Positions 38,551-48,889 of a stretch of DNA of 64,000 bases are shown piece by piece (the first letter of the stretch is position 1; every line of letters begins with the position of its first letter). The notes beneath the pieces were generated by a model that ran no database searches, was not told where the DNA came from, and worked only from the letters and a program-made list of their open reading frames with translations. A program made the translations under genes and the position numbers. Source of the DNA: Candidatus Hydrogenedentota bacterium. Lineage in GTDB: Bacteria; Hydrogenedentota; Hydrogenedentia; Hydrogenedentales; JAEUWI01. The stretch covers positions 1-64,000 of the forward strand of contig JAXMOL010000011.1 in the NCBI GenBank assembly GCA_034669905.1, written 5' to 3'.

Positions 38551-41500
38551 TCTTGCTTACTACTTAAGGGAATATGGGTGTTGTTAATACGGGCTCGCAT
38601 AACGGCCTTCTTCTTTCCAACCACCTTAGACACGTCCTTCCCACTATCATTTTCCCAAGAGATATTTGGTCTGATGCGAAGAACACCTGCACCCGACTTA
38701 CCCCAATGAGGGACAGTCATAAAAGGCCTTATATTGATACGCACTCCGTCTCTAAGGTCTGGATTCCAACCCCTCGGTTGTCTCGATAGTGGTTTCCATC
38801 GAACGAAGATATCGTATGGCACCTCCCCTGTCTTCACTAGTTCGAGTTTTTTCTTAAGGTCTTCCGCCGCTTCAAGCTTCACTCTAGCCCCGTCGACTCC
38901 ATCCCGAATATCTTGTTTCTGGCGAGATATCCAGTCCTCTAAGTAATTGTATATCAGCGTTTCGAGGTTCTTGTAGTCCAATTTATGGTAGTTGACTAAC
39001 GCCGAAAATCCATCTACCTGACCATCCCATATGTGCCAAATGAATGGTCGTTGTTGAAAAAGTCTACAGTGCTGGAGAAAAAACTTATCTCGCAACCAGG
39101 ACTCCAGTTCTTTTCCTGCGTGACCGGAACTCCTGAGTAGTTGCGACTCGATATCATTGGACCACAAGTTGCCATAGGCAGCATTCAGAAGATCAACTAA
39201 ACGGTCGGCAGCCGACGCTTCGCCGCGTAATGCCGGGATACAGACGATGCCGTCGTCATCAGAAAAAGTTGCAAGCTCTTTACTTCGCGCCACCCATTCT
39301 TGTTGTTCGTCCGAGATATCTATATTGGAGTAAAATTCGGCTGGCCATCGATATCCGAGGAGGCGTATGACGGCAACCTGAAGCACGGTACTATCAGTGC
39401 GCAATGGCCCATGCTTCGACCCTCCACATCTTTTGTCCCAGACCACGGAGCCGCAGGGATGTCCATGAAAGATAAACTGGCGGGGATCATCAGAAAATGG
39501 CTTGGATAAGCCATTCGGGTAATCTTTTTTTGAAACATTGGCCCAGCGCTGAAGGTCAAAAGGAACCTTGTCCAAGACACCAGTGGGCTTGATCAGTTTT
39601 TGATTTAGTCTCTTGACCGCTTCACGGTACTCTGCTGATTTGCAAAAACTGAGTATTGCTGCCAAATGACCTTCGTCCTTTGGAACCAAAGCAACACCGT
39701 TTTGGGCATGAATTTCCCCATAGGTGAGGCATGCGCTTAGGTGCGTTCTGGAAACGAATATGCCCGGCTTTCCAAAAGCTGGCTTTCCCTGTATACGTGC
39801 ACCGCTGAATCGCGAAATCTCTCCAATTCCGCTTTCCCAAAGAAAGACACTCTGTCTTCCCCAGTAATACTCCAGAGACTTTTCTGAAGCTATGAGCACA
39901 GACCATTTCTTGGCAATTTTGCTGAGCTCCCAAAAGTATCGATCGAATCTTTTTGTGTCGCCCCTCGATAAACCTTCCCATGTCTCTACATAATCAGAAA
40001 GACTGTGGGAGTCTGGCAATCTATTATCGGTGAGTACAAATCCTGGATTCTGCAAAAGAAATGACTGTACTGTGACATCAAAACCTTTGCCCTTTAGGGC
40101 TTCTGACTTGTGTCTCGAGCTACCTTGGTCAGATAGATCGATATAGCCCATCGTATTATTCAGCGAAGGTTTTCGAGGGCACATTGTTAATAGTGCGACA
40201 TCGACAACCTCGCCGCCTATCGTTTCGAAAGCTCGCTTTCCAAGGGCCGCAATGCTTAATAGAGATAGATTCTTGATACAGTACTCGCGAAGAGGACTAT
40301 AGTCCTCTGTGTATGTCATCCACGCTCGGGGGACCACTACGGAAATGGCACCTCTTTTTTCACTGAGCTCTATAAGTCTCAATAGAAACGCTACTGCAAG
40401 GTTCGATTTACCCAATTCAAAAAACGAATCTACATGTTTTCTCAGTTGAGCAACCTGCCTTCCTCTAGCCAAGAAAGGAACATTGGTTATTATCCAGCAG
40501 TAATTTTGACTCAGTATTTTGGCGACGCGAGCGAGCCCATGGGCTACGACAGCCATCTCATGGCGTTCAGGTCGAGACACCTTTTCGAGTGCAGCGAATA
40601 GCAGAGGCTCTACTTCCTGCCAGTCGGAATTGGAAGGAGCTGTTTTCTGAATGGTTGCTACAGGGCTAATCAAGCTTCCAAGTATTGGTGCGTTCTTAAA
40701 CTTCGAATACAACGCTTCCAGCGACAAACGTAGGCTTGAATGGTCTTCAGCAAGGCTTAACCATTCTTCCTTTTGGCCGCGAATCGATAGTCCTGAACAA
40801 GCGATATTCAGATTCGGCAATGGACGATAGCTACCTGCGCACGGATATTTCCAGGCTGCAAGAGCAAGGGCAAAACAAGCTAACTCTACACATCGTTTGT
40901 CGATCTCCAAACCATGAATATTCTCACGCAGCACTGCATTCACTGCCTGACGGGAAGAGAGTTCCTCCAACTCCATACGCATTGGTACTAGCATGAGAAA
41001 AGCCGCGACCAGGAAATGACCCGAGCCGCAACAGGGGTCCAGAGTCTTGAACTCACTTAGCTTCTCAGGCCAGTCATCAAACGTACCGTTGACAGTAGAC
41101 CAAGGACCCTCTTCTTTCTTTGAAAAACGAAGGTATTCCAAGGGCACGCCCGGTATGGATGCCTTTGTGCGGAGTTCCTCTTCGCTCTTTGCACCTTTCA
41201 GATCGGACTCACTCAACCGGCGAGCGGCCCACCAGGCTCCCAAAGAATTATCCAATAGAAAGGCCACCATATAGGGCTCGGTAAAAAGTTGGGTAACTGC
41301 AGACAATTCCTGCGCACCAATTTCTATTTCTTGGGCGTTGACCTCATCTTTTCGTTTGGACTGCCAAAACTGATAGACCCAGCCCAGGGAATCCGACGCA
41401 ATGAATACTTCACTCGGCAGATTGGCCACCAACCGTTCCAGCTGCTGCTGGTGTTCCGGCGGCAATACCAACTGAAACACCGGGGAATCCGGACGAAATA

Positions 41501-41933
41501 TCTGGGGCAACATCCGTGCCGCAAAGCGTGCCGCCAATTCCCATCCATTGGCCGCGCCTTCATCGGCGGCCAAGTCCTCACATTCCTCCAGGGATATGGC
41601 GATTGACTCATCCGGGTCCGGATACATGAGGAGATTGTTTTCCGCCAGGAACCAGGCAAAGAGCATGCGGTGCCAATGCTCATACGCCACTTCCTCCAAT
41701 AGCCGGTCCATGGACTGGACCTTCTCACTCCCCAGGGCATCGCCCAATTGGCGACCATGGATCCGAAGCTTACGTCGAAGTTCCCGTTCCTCCTCCGTCA
41801 GATGCCCCGGTGCTGAAGCATCCGACACACCCAATTGCCCCAAGGCAGAACGGGCGGCTTCCTCGGCGATATCCCGTGCTTCTTTGACGGTCTTTTCCAA
41901 GGTGTTTCGAAGCGATTTCTCCAGTGGCTGCAT
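38547..41933 (-). CDS. pglX: BREX N6-adenine methyltransferase PglX (BrxX)
   Basis: TQLFTEPYMV, motif I DPCCGSGHF, motif IV variant TNVPF, RPFIWHIWDG, DGVRINIRPF; directly after brxC. Confidence 0.9.
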   Translation of the reverse strand: MQPLEKSLRNTLEKTVKEARDIAEEAARSALGQLGVSDASAPGHLTEEERELRRKLRIHGRQLGDALGSEKVQSMDRLLEEVAYEHWHRMLFAWFLAENNLLMYPDPDESIAISLEECEDLAADEGAANGWELAARFAARMLPQIFRPDSPVFQLVLPPEHQQQLERLVANLPSEVFIASDSLGWVYQFWQSKRKDEVNAQEIEIGAQELSAVTQLFTEPYMVAFLLDNSLGAWWAARRLSESDLKGAKSEEELRTKASIPGVPLEYLRFSKKEEGPWSTVNGTFDDWPEKLSEFKTLDPCCGSGHFLVAAFLMLVPMRMELEELSSRQAVNAVLRENIHGLEIDKRCVELACFALALAAWKYPCAGSYRPLPNLNIACSGLSIRGQKEEWLSLAEDHSSLRLSLEALYSKFKNAPILGSLISPVATIQKTAPSNSDWQEVEPLLFAALEKVSRPERHEMAVVAHGLARVAKILSQNYCWIITNVPFLARGRQVAQLRKHVDSFFELGKSNLAVAFLLRLIELSEKRGAISVVVPRAWMTYTEDYSPLREYCIKNLSLLSIAALGKRAFETIGGEVVDVALLTMCPRKPSLNNTMGYIDLSDQGSSRHKSEALKGKGFDVTVQSFLLQNPGFVLTDNRLPDSHSLSDYVETWEGLSRGDTKRFDRYFWELSKIAKKWSVLIASEKSLEYYWGRQSVFLWESGIGEISRFSGARIQGKPAFGKPGIFVSRTHLSACLTYGEIHAQNGVALVPKDEGHLAAILSFCKSAEYREAVKRLNQKLIKPTGVLDKVPFDLQRWANVSKKDYPNGLSKPFSDDPRQFIFHGHPCGSVVWDKRCGGSKHGPLRTDSTVLQVAVIRLLGYRWPAEFYSNIDISDEQQEWVARSKELATFSDDDGIVCIPALRGEASAADRLVDLLNAAYGNLWSNDIESQLLRSSGHAGKELESWLRDKFFLQHCRLFQQRPFIWHIWDGQVDGFSALVNYHKLDYKNLETLIYNYLEDWISRQKQDIRDGVDGARVKLEAAEDLKKKLELVKTGEVPYDIFVRWKPLSRQPRGWNPDLRDGVRINIRPFMTVPHWGKSGAGVLRIRPNISWENDSGKDVSKVVGKKKAVMRARINNTHIPLSSKQD

Positions 41934-41955
41934 GGTTTGTTTCTCCCCCTCTTTG

Positions 41956-44900
41956 TTATTGAATGATGATGGGACCTTGTTTCAGGGCCTCACCAAGCTG
42001 CTTCTTGACCGCATCGACCCAGGCATCGATATCCTCCTGGCTCTTCAGTGTAGGACGGGGTAAATGTACCGTCTGGGCCTTGGGCTCGCAAAGTTTGGCG
42101 GCACTGGCGGCTACATTGTTGAAGCGGGATGACATGGCGGCCACCCGATCCCGGAAAGCGGCCAATCCACAACTCTCCAGACTATTCAGCACATCCGACG
42201 TCGTCTTTACATCGACCTTGGGCCGGGCGGCTTCGTGAAGATGCTGGCTTGCCATGAGTTCGAAGCGCTGTTCCGGCTCCAACTGCTGCCAGTTTGGGTC
42301 ATCGTGAAGTCGTTTCATCCCTTCCTCATGTTGGGATTTGTAGGCTTCATCCAATCGATTCAGCTCTTCCCGCAACATTTGGGAGACGTTTTTCAGGAGC
42401 GGGGCTACGGGATCGGGCTTGGCCAAGAGCTGTCGCTGATCCTCGATGGTTTTCAACTGGGCCAACAGCACCTCGGCATCCGCTAGTTCCGTGGCGTGTG
42501 CCATAAGGCGGGCCAGGGTACTCCAATCGGATTGTCGGTCCGAAATCTGCTGGGCCAATGCCCCCCAGGACTCGATGGCGTCAATCAGTTCTTCCCGGCG
42601 GTTGAAGATAGCCAGTAACTGTTCATTGCCCACCGTAAGACGGATTTCTTCGAGGAAGGCCGTATCGGGGCGTTGGGGTTTCGGGGGCTCACCACCAGCG
42701 GCGTCAGCCAGTTCCAACAATTTCTGGAGAAAGGCCGGAATATGGCTGGATTCTTCCCCTTGTTTGGCGGAGATACCTGCTTTTTGAAGTACCTTCCGGA
42801 TTTGTATCCGTTGGGGTGTGGTGACTGTGGTGGACTCCACTTTGAATTCCGCTTTACCAATCGCTTTGCGTTCCAATTCACGGGGGTCAATGACCTTACC
42901 GTGGTCCGCTTCCGCACGAATCTGGCCCGACACCAGAAGGATTTGAAGTCCACCGTCAATGGCATCCCCAGACCACCCGTAGGGGGCACGCTCGAAGTTT
43001 TGCCGGATGTCTGCGCCACATTTTCCACCGGCGATATAACCGAGGACGGCCTTACATACCGGGTTACGGGCCACGTCCCCGTCATCACTTACGGCCTTTA
43101 AGGCATCGGGTGCACCAGTCTTGGCCTTGACATAGACTTTTGACCAACCGGGATGGTCGGCCGCCTGGAATTGGGGGTAGAGGCGCTGCATGGCGTTGTG
43201 AGCCGCTTCCAGCAATGCCGTCTGCAGGTTATCTCCGGTGATTTCATTGCCCCCCCCTTGGAATACCCGTGCCCCGGAAAAGGCATCGTTCAACAGTGAG
43301 TTGATACGTCCTTCGGCGCTTTGCCGGGTCGTTTCCATAGCGGAACGGGCTTCCGTGCCCTCGGGGGTATTGGGAACACCACGCTTGTCGAGTGTGGCCG
43401 CCGCTGCTTTGTAGTCGATGATTTGTTGACGCAAGTCATCGGCGGAACGTTTTGGAATGTAGACAAACACCGTGGGGGATTGATTGCCCGACTGGCGCGC
43501 ATCGGCCCGAACGTCATTCTCACTGACACTCCATCCGTCGCGAACCCAAATGCAGATCTTCTGGTCGGCATCCTTGGGAAGCTCGGATTCGAACACGGGG
43601 GAAACATCACGCGGAACCTTGGACATACCTTGGGACAGATTCAGCCGTCCCCCCAATTTAGCAAAGGTTTTTCGAATGCGGTCATCCCGTTCAGCGTCTA
43701 CCCGGTAGGCTTCGTTGGCAAGATTGGCCTGCTGGCCCAGGAACTCATCGTTCCAGGCCGTGCTCTCCTCCGTCTGAATGCGATATTCATCCCCGATTTT
43801 CATCAGGAGGTCACAGGAGTCCAGCAATCCAGGCAGCTTACTTCGCAGCGATGCGGAACCTGTGGACAAATCCTCTACCATCAAATCGGCCACGGTATCG
43901 ACCGTCGCCTGTATACCGATTTCCGTGTTGCTGCTGGAAAGCTTGTTGATAAGGAACACCAGGCCACAGGCTCGGGCACGAAGCACATCATCTTCCTTAC
44001 CCTTGCGCCAAGCCATCGTCTTTTCGTGGACTTTTCGGGGTAGGGTACGGGATTGGAGTAGTTTTTCCGCCGAATCGAAGTACAGGTAGTCGGCGGGGAC
44101 CACATGGCCCAGAGAATCATCCAGATTGGTCTGAATGACCTTGTGCACCATGCTCAATTGATTCCGAACCTGGCTGTCGGTACCGGTTTGGTCCAGTACA
44201 CGCAGGGTATTTTCCCAGAAGCGACGACGGACGGGGAGAATGGGATAATCCTGGCTAAAATCAGATACATCGTCCAGACGGTGGGCTATCTGCGTACCGG
44301 ACAAGTGGCGGGAGACTTCCCCGATATTTGCTTCCATCAGTTGTTGGATAGGTTCTCGGGCCTCGGGTTTCTTGGCGAGGACCACCTGACGAACTACGGC
44401 ATCCACATCGGTATCGGAAAGCTCAATTCGAATGGTGAATCGACCCTCCAAACGTTTCAGATTGCTGGTGCCGGTCACGGCGGTCTGCCCTGTACCCACG
44501 ACGAGGATTTTACCGCCGATATTCTTACAGCAGGCTTCGAGGGCTTCCTGCACTTCAATTGAGCGGTCAGGGCTATCCCCAATGAACTGTTGCACCTCAT
44601 CCAAAATTAGCACGGTAAGAGGAAACTTACCGCCTGTGGTGAGTGTATCGCGAATGGCCTTGACCATTGCGTCACTTGAGACATCCTGCACGAAGGGATA
44701 GAGATTGTTGAGCGTTTCCACACAGGCATCGGGAGAGCTGAATAGCCCCGGTTTGGCTTTTGCCAGGGCCTGGTGCAACCCCTCCGCCACATACATGTTG
44801 TCGAGTTCTTCGTCCCAATCGAGACCATCGTTGATGACATGGTCCCGGACTTCTTCATATATCCCCTCCTGCTTGAGCCACAACACCAGGCGGGCAACGG

Positions 44901-45393
44901 GGTACTGTTCGGGAAGGTCAGCCGATTTGAAAATAATTCGCAGGAGCGCAAGCCGTACACTGCCACTCGCTCCCGAACCTAGCGTTCCCGATGCAGCATG
45001 TACACCGCCGTGGCGTTTGCCTTGGGTGCTGAGTTCTATGAAGTGATCGCGAATGGAGTCTGGTAGATGGGCGATATCTCGGGCGGTCGCCTTGTCCGAG
45101 AACTCGGTATTCATCCACAGTGCCCGCAACATTTTTACCAAGTGGGATTTACCGGAGCCGTAGAAGCCACTCACCCAGACGGCGGGTTGCTGGGCTTGGT
45201 CGATGTTCTTCAGATAGGTGTCGAGGATGTGGGCCATACCCCGTTCGTATTGGCCATCGCAGACGAAAGTCTCCAGCTCATAGCGCAGAACTTCACGGGC
45301 TTTGTCCGTATGCTCGTCGTTCACGTTGGCAACGCCTTCGTTCACCAACTTTCTGGAGGTCGGTTCGACCTGATAGACATCCCTGTTAAGCAT
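41956..45393 (-). CDS. brxC: BREX P-loop ATPase BrxC
   Basis: WVSGFYGSGKSH, ILDEVQQFIG, APYGW; RBS GAGGGG before MLNRDVY. Confidence 0.94.
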   Translation of the reverse strand: MLNRDVYQVEPTSRKLVNEGVANVNDEHTDKAREVLRYELETFVCDGQYERGMAHILDTYLKNIDQAQQPAVWVSGFYGSGKSHLVKMLRALWMNTEFSDKATARDIAHLPDSIRDHFIELSTQGKRHGGVHAASGTLGSGASGSVRLALLRIIFKSADLPEQYPVARLVLWLKQEGIYEEVRDHVINDGLDWDEELDNMYVAEGLHQALAKAKPGLFSSPDACVETLNNLYPFVQDVSSDAMVKAIRDTLTTGGKFPLTVLILDEVQQFIGDSPDRSIEVQEALEACCKNIGGKILVVGTGQTAVTGTSNLKRLEGRFTIRIELSDTDVDAVVRQVVLAKKPEAREPIQQLMEANIGEVSRHLSGTQIAHRLDDVSDFSQDYPILPVRRRFWENTLRVLDQTGTDSQVRNQLSMVHKVIQTNLDDSLGHVVPADYLYFDSAEKLLQSRTLPRKVHEKTMAWRKGKEDDVLRARACGLVFLINKLSSSNTEIGIQATVDTVADLMVEDLSTGSASLRSKLPGLLDSCDLLMKIGDEYRIQTEESTAWNDEFLGQQANLANEAYRVDAERDDRIRKTFAKLGGRLNLSQGMSKVPRDVSPVFESELPKDADQKICIWVRDGWSVSENDVRADARQSGNQSPTVFVYIPKRSADDLRQQIIDYKAAAATLDKRGVPNTPEGTEARSAMETTRQSAEGRINSLLNDAFSGARVFQGGGNEITGDNLQTALLEAAHNAMQRLYPQFQAADHPGWSKVYVKAKTGAPDALKAVSDDGDVARNPVCKAVLGYIAGGKCGADIRQNFERAPYGWSGDAIDGGLQILLVSGQIRAEADHGKVIDPRELERKAIGKAEFKVESTTVTTPQRIQIRKVLQKAGISAKQGEESSHIPAFLQKLLELADAAGGEPPKPQRPDTAFLEEIRLTVGNEQLLAIFNRREELIDAIESWGALAQQISDRQSDWSTLARLMAHATELADAEVLLAQLKTIEDQRQLLAKPDPVAPLLKNVSQMLREELNRLDEAYKSQHEEGMKRLHDDPNWQQLEPEQRFELMASQHLHEAARPKVDVKTTSDVLNSLESCGLAAFRDRVAAMSSRFNNVAASAAKLCEPKAQTVHLPRPTLKSQEDIDAWVDAVKKQLGEALKQGPIIIQ

Positions 45394-45404
45394 GGTTCCC
45401 CTCT

Positions 45405-45956
45405 TCATGATTCCCGGTCGGCAGTGATCGGAACGGCCAAATAATTCCACCCATCGTACCCATCGAGCAGACGGTAATTGTTCTTCTCGTAGCTACCAGG
45501 AAAAAAGACCAGCAAGCGGCCTTTCACCAAGGGAGCAAGTTTATCGACGACATCTTTGACCTTCAGGAAGCCAAACAGCGATCCGACCCCTTTGAGCGCG
45601 ACGACGGTATTGTCGTCGGCCCCCTGTTGTTCCAGGGATGCGCCGAACTCTTCAGTAATGTAGTCGAGATATTTCGGAAGGAGTGTGGGCAGCAGGTGAG
45701 GCTTCTGAAAATAGCTCTTTGCATACCGTTGTGAAGCTAACCAAGTGGCAAACGTATCGGTCAGGTCGAAGGAGAGCCACTCATGTTCGGCATGGTGTGT
45801 TGCCAACTCGAATTCATCAAACCGGGCACGCAGCATACGCTCGTCGCCCTCGGTATAGACGCAAAAAATGACCCGCTGGGCAGCAGCCGAATCGTCACGC
45901 CACGGAATGGCGATATACTTCCCGAAGTTCTGGGTTAAGCGCTTAACTTTGCTCAC
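45405..45956 (-). CDS. brxB: BREX protein BrxB (DUF1788)
   Basis: GVGSLFGF, LLVFFPGSY, NYRLLDGYDGWNYLA; position before brxC. Confidence 0.9.
   Translation of the reverse strand: MSKVKRLTQNFGKYIAIPWRDDSAAAQRVIFCVYTEGDERMLRARFDEFELATHHAEHEWLSFDLTDTFATWLASQRYAKSYFQKPHLLPTLLPKYLDYITEEFGASLEQQGADDNTVVALKGVGSLFGFLKVKDVVDKLAPLVKGRLLVFFPGSYEKNNYRLLDGYDGWNYLAVPITADRES
45934..45947. promoter_or_regulatory. Palindromic site B (GTTAAGCGCTTAAC) at the brxA/brxB junction
   Basis: Exact match to 6565-6578; the identity extends to 18 bp on the opposite strand; lies in coding sequence. Confidence 0.5.
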
Positions 45957-46752
45957 GTAGCCACCCCATTTCCTCTTCCCGAATTATCCCTGGGAATTGT
46001 ACATCAATTACGTCGCCGATTCGCTTGAAAATAATCCAGCCCTTGCGTGAAGCCTCTTCAGCCAGCTCTAGCGCACGTGAATAGGGACAGTCCAGTATGC
46101 CAATGAAATCGGATTGGAAGAGCAGCCTTCCACGGCCACCGGAAATATAGGCTAGAAACAGTGCATAGGCTACGCTTCCTGGTGTGGGGGTAGATTCGGT
46201 TCGGACCTTTCGAGCTCTTCCCGAAAGATGACCTGACTTGGTCCAGCTGGAGTTTATATTCTGGGCGATGGACTTCAAAGTAGCCGGACTAAAGCGGTCC
46301 TGTTCCGCGCCTTCTATGATTTCCTCAATGGCCTCACGAGGAACGATTGCACCCACTGGGCAACGTTGCATGAAAGGCCCTGTCAATTTGAATAGTGGAT
46401 CGCGTGCATAAACACACAATAGCGCAACTTGAGGGCGACCCGGTGTATCTCGCTGCCAAAAATGGAGGAAACCCCGAAATATTGCCACCGACGGATCGAG
46501 CGCATAAAGGTCAACGAGATGACGGAAGGTGAGAGTACGGGTCTTCTCGGAGCGTTTTCCGAGTACGTTGTGCTCGACGATAGCCTCACGGCATGACTCG
46601 GGGTTGCAATCGGAAAGCTCCATGCTGTCAAGCAGCAATTCCAGCTCCTGAAGCATCATTGTCCGAGACATGTGCGCACCGCTTCTACCATCTTTAAAGC
46701 CCAAGCGCGTCTTGACTGACTGATCACCTGGTGTATCTATGTCTGCACTCAA
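45943..46752 (-). CDS. brxA: BREX protein BrxA-like
   Basis: First gene of the BREX operon; HNVLGKRS.KTR, SSWTKSGHL; overlaps the brxB start. Confidence 0.8.
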   Translation of the reverse strand: MSADIDTPGDQSVKTRLGFKDGRSGAHMSRTMMLQELELLLDSMELSDCNPESCREAIVEHNVLGKRSEKTRTLTFRHLVDLYALDPSVAIFRGFLHFWQRDTPGRPQVALLCVYARDPLFKLTGPFMQRCPVGAIVPREAIEEIIEGAEQDRFSPATLKSIAQNINSSWTKSGHLSGRARKVRTESTPTPGSVAYALFLAYISGGRGRLLFQSDFIGILDCPYSRALELAEEASRKGWIIFKRIGDVIDVQFPGIIREEEMGWLREQS

Positions 46753-47079
46753 TCCTCACCCCGATCTAGAAGCCAACAGCACGTATCGTAGGAAAGCGCT
46801 CTCCCGAAGCATTGTATGTGGGACCATATGGCATGACACACTCAACTCGATAGGTCGCCGTATTGCACCATGCCAGTCGAAACACTGCTGAGCGATTAGA
46901 ACCGCGTAGTTCTTTCCCGGCAACAGCCTCGTATTATAACACACCGACAGCTGGTGGCTCGATTCGTTGTGGTCTGTAATGACCCCATATACGTACCACT
47001 CATCCATTCCAAATTCCGGAACAACGCGAGGAAAATCCATGTAATCCCCTCGGCTACGTATCGGTGATGCAAGCGGAAG

Positions 47080-47101
47080 AAAAACCAAATATCCGGTTTT
47101 T
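47080..47101. promoter_or_regulatory. Palindromic site A upstream of BREX
   Basis: AAAAACCAAATATCCGGTTTTT, 20/22 identical to 6533-6554. Confidence 0.6.
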
Positions 47102-47527
47102 CTGGGCGGCACTTATGCCGGCAAATCTGTGACGATACGAGTGAAAAAATGACAGCATTGGGCCAGCTTGCCGAAGTAATATCGGGATCGAATCTGATTT
47201 ATTCCAGGGCATGGAACCTTTGGGGCGACCGGGGTATTAATACAAGCCACATACGTGTGGACGGGACAATGTTCGAGGGCGATAGTGGTGTCCGAATATT
47301 CTTTTGGCGGCACCATTTTTAGCGGACTTCGAATGGACTTTTTCCATACTATGTGGCAAACTACTTATACCAGACCTATATTACGCTAGAAATATTAAAA
47401 AAGCACACCGTCAGCAACGAAAGGAGGCGCAGCCAGGCTGACACGAAGAAAAGCGCTTGGTCACGTATTGGCCAAGTGCTCGTTGAGCATATTACGAATG
47501 AACATATAAAAAAAAGGAATCATCCCT

Positions 47528-48292
47528 ATGCATTCGCAGTCATACAATAATTCAACTGTAAGTACCAGAAATTTTCAATCCAGGGGGAACAACCATTTCA
47601 CCATGTCCGATGGACTTCAGGGCGTTGACCTTGAATTCGCAAAGACCACATTGGTCATTGGACGCTCTTTGAGCAGACTTACGTCTGCGTTACAACGACA
47701 AGGCCTGAACAACCAAGCTATCGGGACAGAAATCAAAAATCGGCTTCGCCTTGAGCCGGGGTTCGCAGCCCAATGTGTGCGAATATCCCGCGCTTACCGA
47801 CCCGAAGAAAATGAAGCAGACGGATTCGAGTTCTACTACCTGATAGCGATACCGCATGAAGTGCTACTCGAATTTCTCCAACACATTATCCAGTACTTCA
47901 AAGACCCTACCCAGGGGATCGGCCCTAATATGTGGGTGTCGAAGAAGTCGATTGAGATATATATCGCGTTGGAAACAGGCCCGCCTCAGTGGTGGGACCT
48001 GAAATTCTTGACCACGGAGCATGTCAAAGCACTTCCAACGCTGGTATCTCAGATTGGACCTCCGCCCCAGCAACAGGCGTCCAATAGCTATGGGCAATCA
48101 GGGTCGTCATACCAAGCGAGTCACCCTCCCAATGGCGGGCAAGACAGGGATGATGATATTGATCCACTTTCCGCTAGCGAGGAACTCTCCATGGAAGAGA
48201 GCTTCAAACAATATTACCGGGAAAGATTACGTTCGACCCCTCAGAACCCCGACACTCAATCTATTGGCAACCGCCCCGAATATAAGCTGTAA
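47528..48292 (+). CDS. Hypothetical protein
   Basis: RBS AAAGGA, 254-aa ORF followed by a clear terminator. Confidence 0.7.
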   Translation: MHSQSYNNSTVSTRNFQSRGNNHFTMSDGLQGVDLEFAKTTLVIGRSLSRLTSALQRQGLNNQAIGTEIKNRLRLEPGFAAQCVRISRAYRPEENEADGFEFYYLIAIPHEVLLEFLQHIIQYFKDPTQGIGPNMWVSKKSIEIYIALETGPPQWWDLKFLTTEHVKALPTLVSQIGPPPQQQASNSYGQSGSSYQASHPPNGGQDRDDDIDPLSASEELSMEESFKQYYRERLRSTPQNPDTQSIGNRPEYKL

Positions 48293-48315
48293 CTTAAAAC
48301 TGGCCTCATCGACCG

Positions 48316-48347
48316 GCCCCGGAGTTCCTATGCTCCGGGGCTTTTTT
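48316..48347 (+). terminator. Rho-independent terminator
   Basis: GCCCCGGAG-loop-CTCCGGGGC followed by TTTTTT. Confidence 0.8.
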
Positions 48348-48387
48348 CATGGTCCCGATTGGCGTGCTGAACGAATAAAACCCACTG

Positions 48388-48475
48388 GTGTGACGGTTGT
48401 GACGCTCTGAAAGCTTAACCTCCTATTCACCAGGACGAATAAGGGTTCTTACTTTTACTCCGTCACGAGCTTCAC
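48388..48475 (-). repeat. Origin-like iteron unit, copy 3 (inverted relative to copies 1 and 2)
   Basis: Reverse complement reads GTGAAGCTCGTGACGGAGTAAAAGTAAGA...GTTAAGCTTTCAGAGCGTCACAACCGTCACAC. Confidence 0.75.
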
Positions 48476-48611
48476 GGGGTATTTTTGTCATACCGACTAC
48501 CCCTCCAATGGGTAAGAACCATCGTGCCCCATTGGCCTTCTCCCCGGAAAAACGCCCACAAGAAGAAAACCCAGGGTAATTCCTAGGTTTTCCACAAGTT
48601 TTCAACTGATG

Positions 48612-48887
48612 CTACCGGGCTTTAGCACTGGCCCCAACAGATTCCCGCTCAATCACCTCATCAAACAATTCCCTGATCACATTGATGTCGTGGCAAGGCT
48701 GGAGAAAATACATTTTTCTGCCGTCTTCGAAAGTGAGGACCGTTTTGATGTTGGAGGTATTGTTTTCAAAACGGACGGATGATACCGTCTTGCCTAGGAT
48801 ACTGCGGCGAATCGTTTCCAAATGGGCTTTCCCCTCCTTGCTCATCATGAACCGCATAATATCGGTGTAATCGCTTCCGTCGCCCAT
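48612..48887 (-). CDS. Hypothetical protein
   Basis: RBS GAGGAG; immediately follows the upstream gene. Confidence 0.7.
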   Translation of the reverse strand: MGDGSDYTDIMRFMMSKEGKAHLETIRRSILGKTVSSVRFENNTSNIKTVLTFEDGRKMYFLQPCHDINVIRELFDEVIERESVGASAKAR

Positions 48888-48889
48888 GG

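Noticed and set aside
40470..40500. PglX motif IV reads NVPF rather than NPPY, suggesting inactivation
   Set aside because: NVP(Y/F) variants are, to my recollection, usual in this PglX subtype, and the ORF is otherwise intact
46756..47316. Small ORFs upstream of brxA as a BrxR/WYL regulator
   Set aside because: No WYL or HTH motifs, weak starts and no protein-like signature
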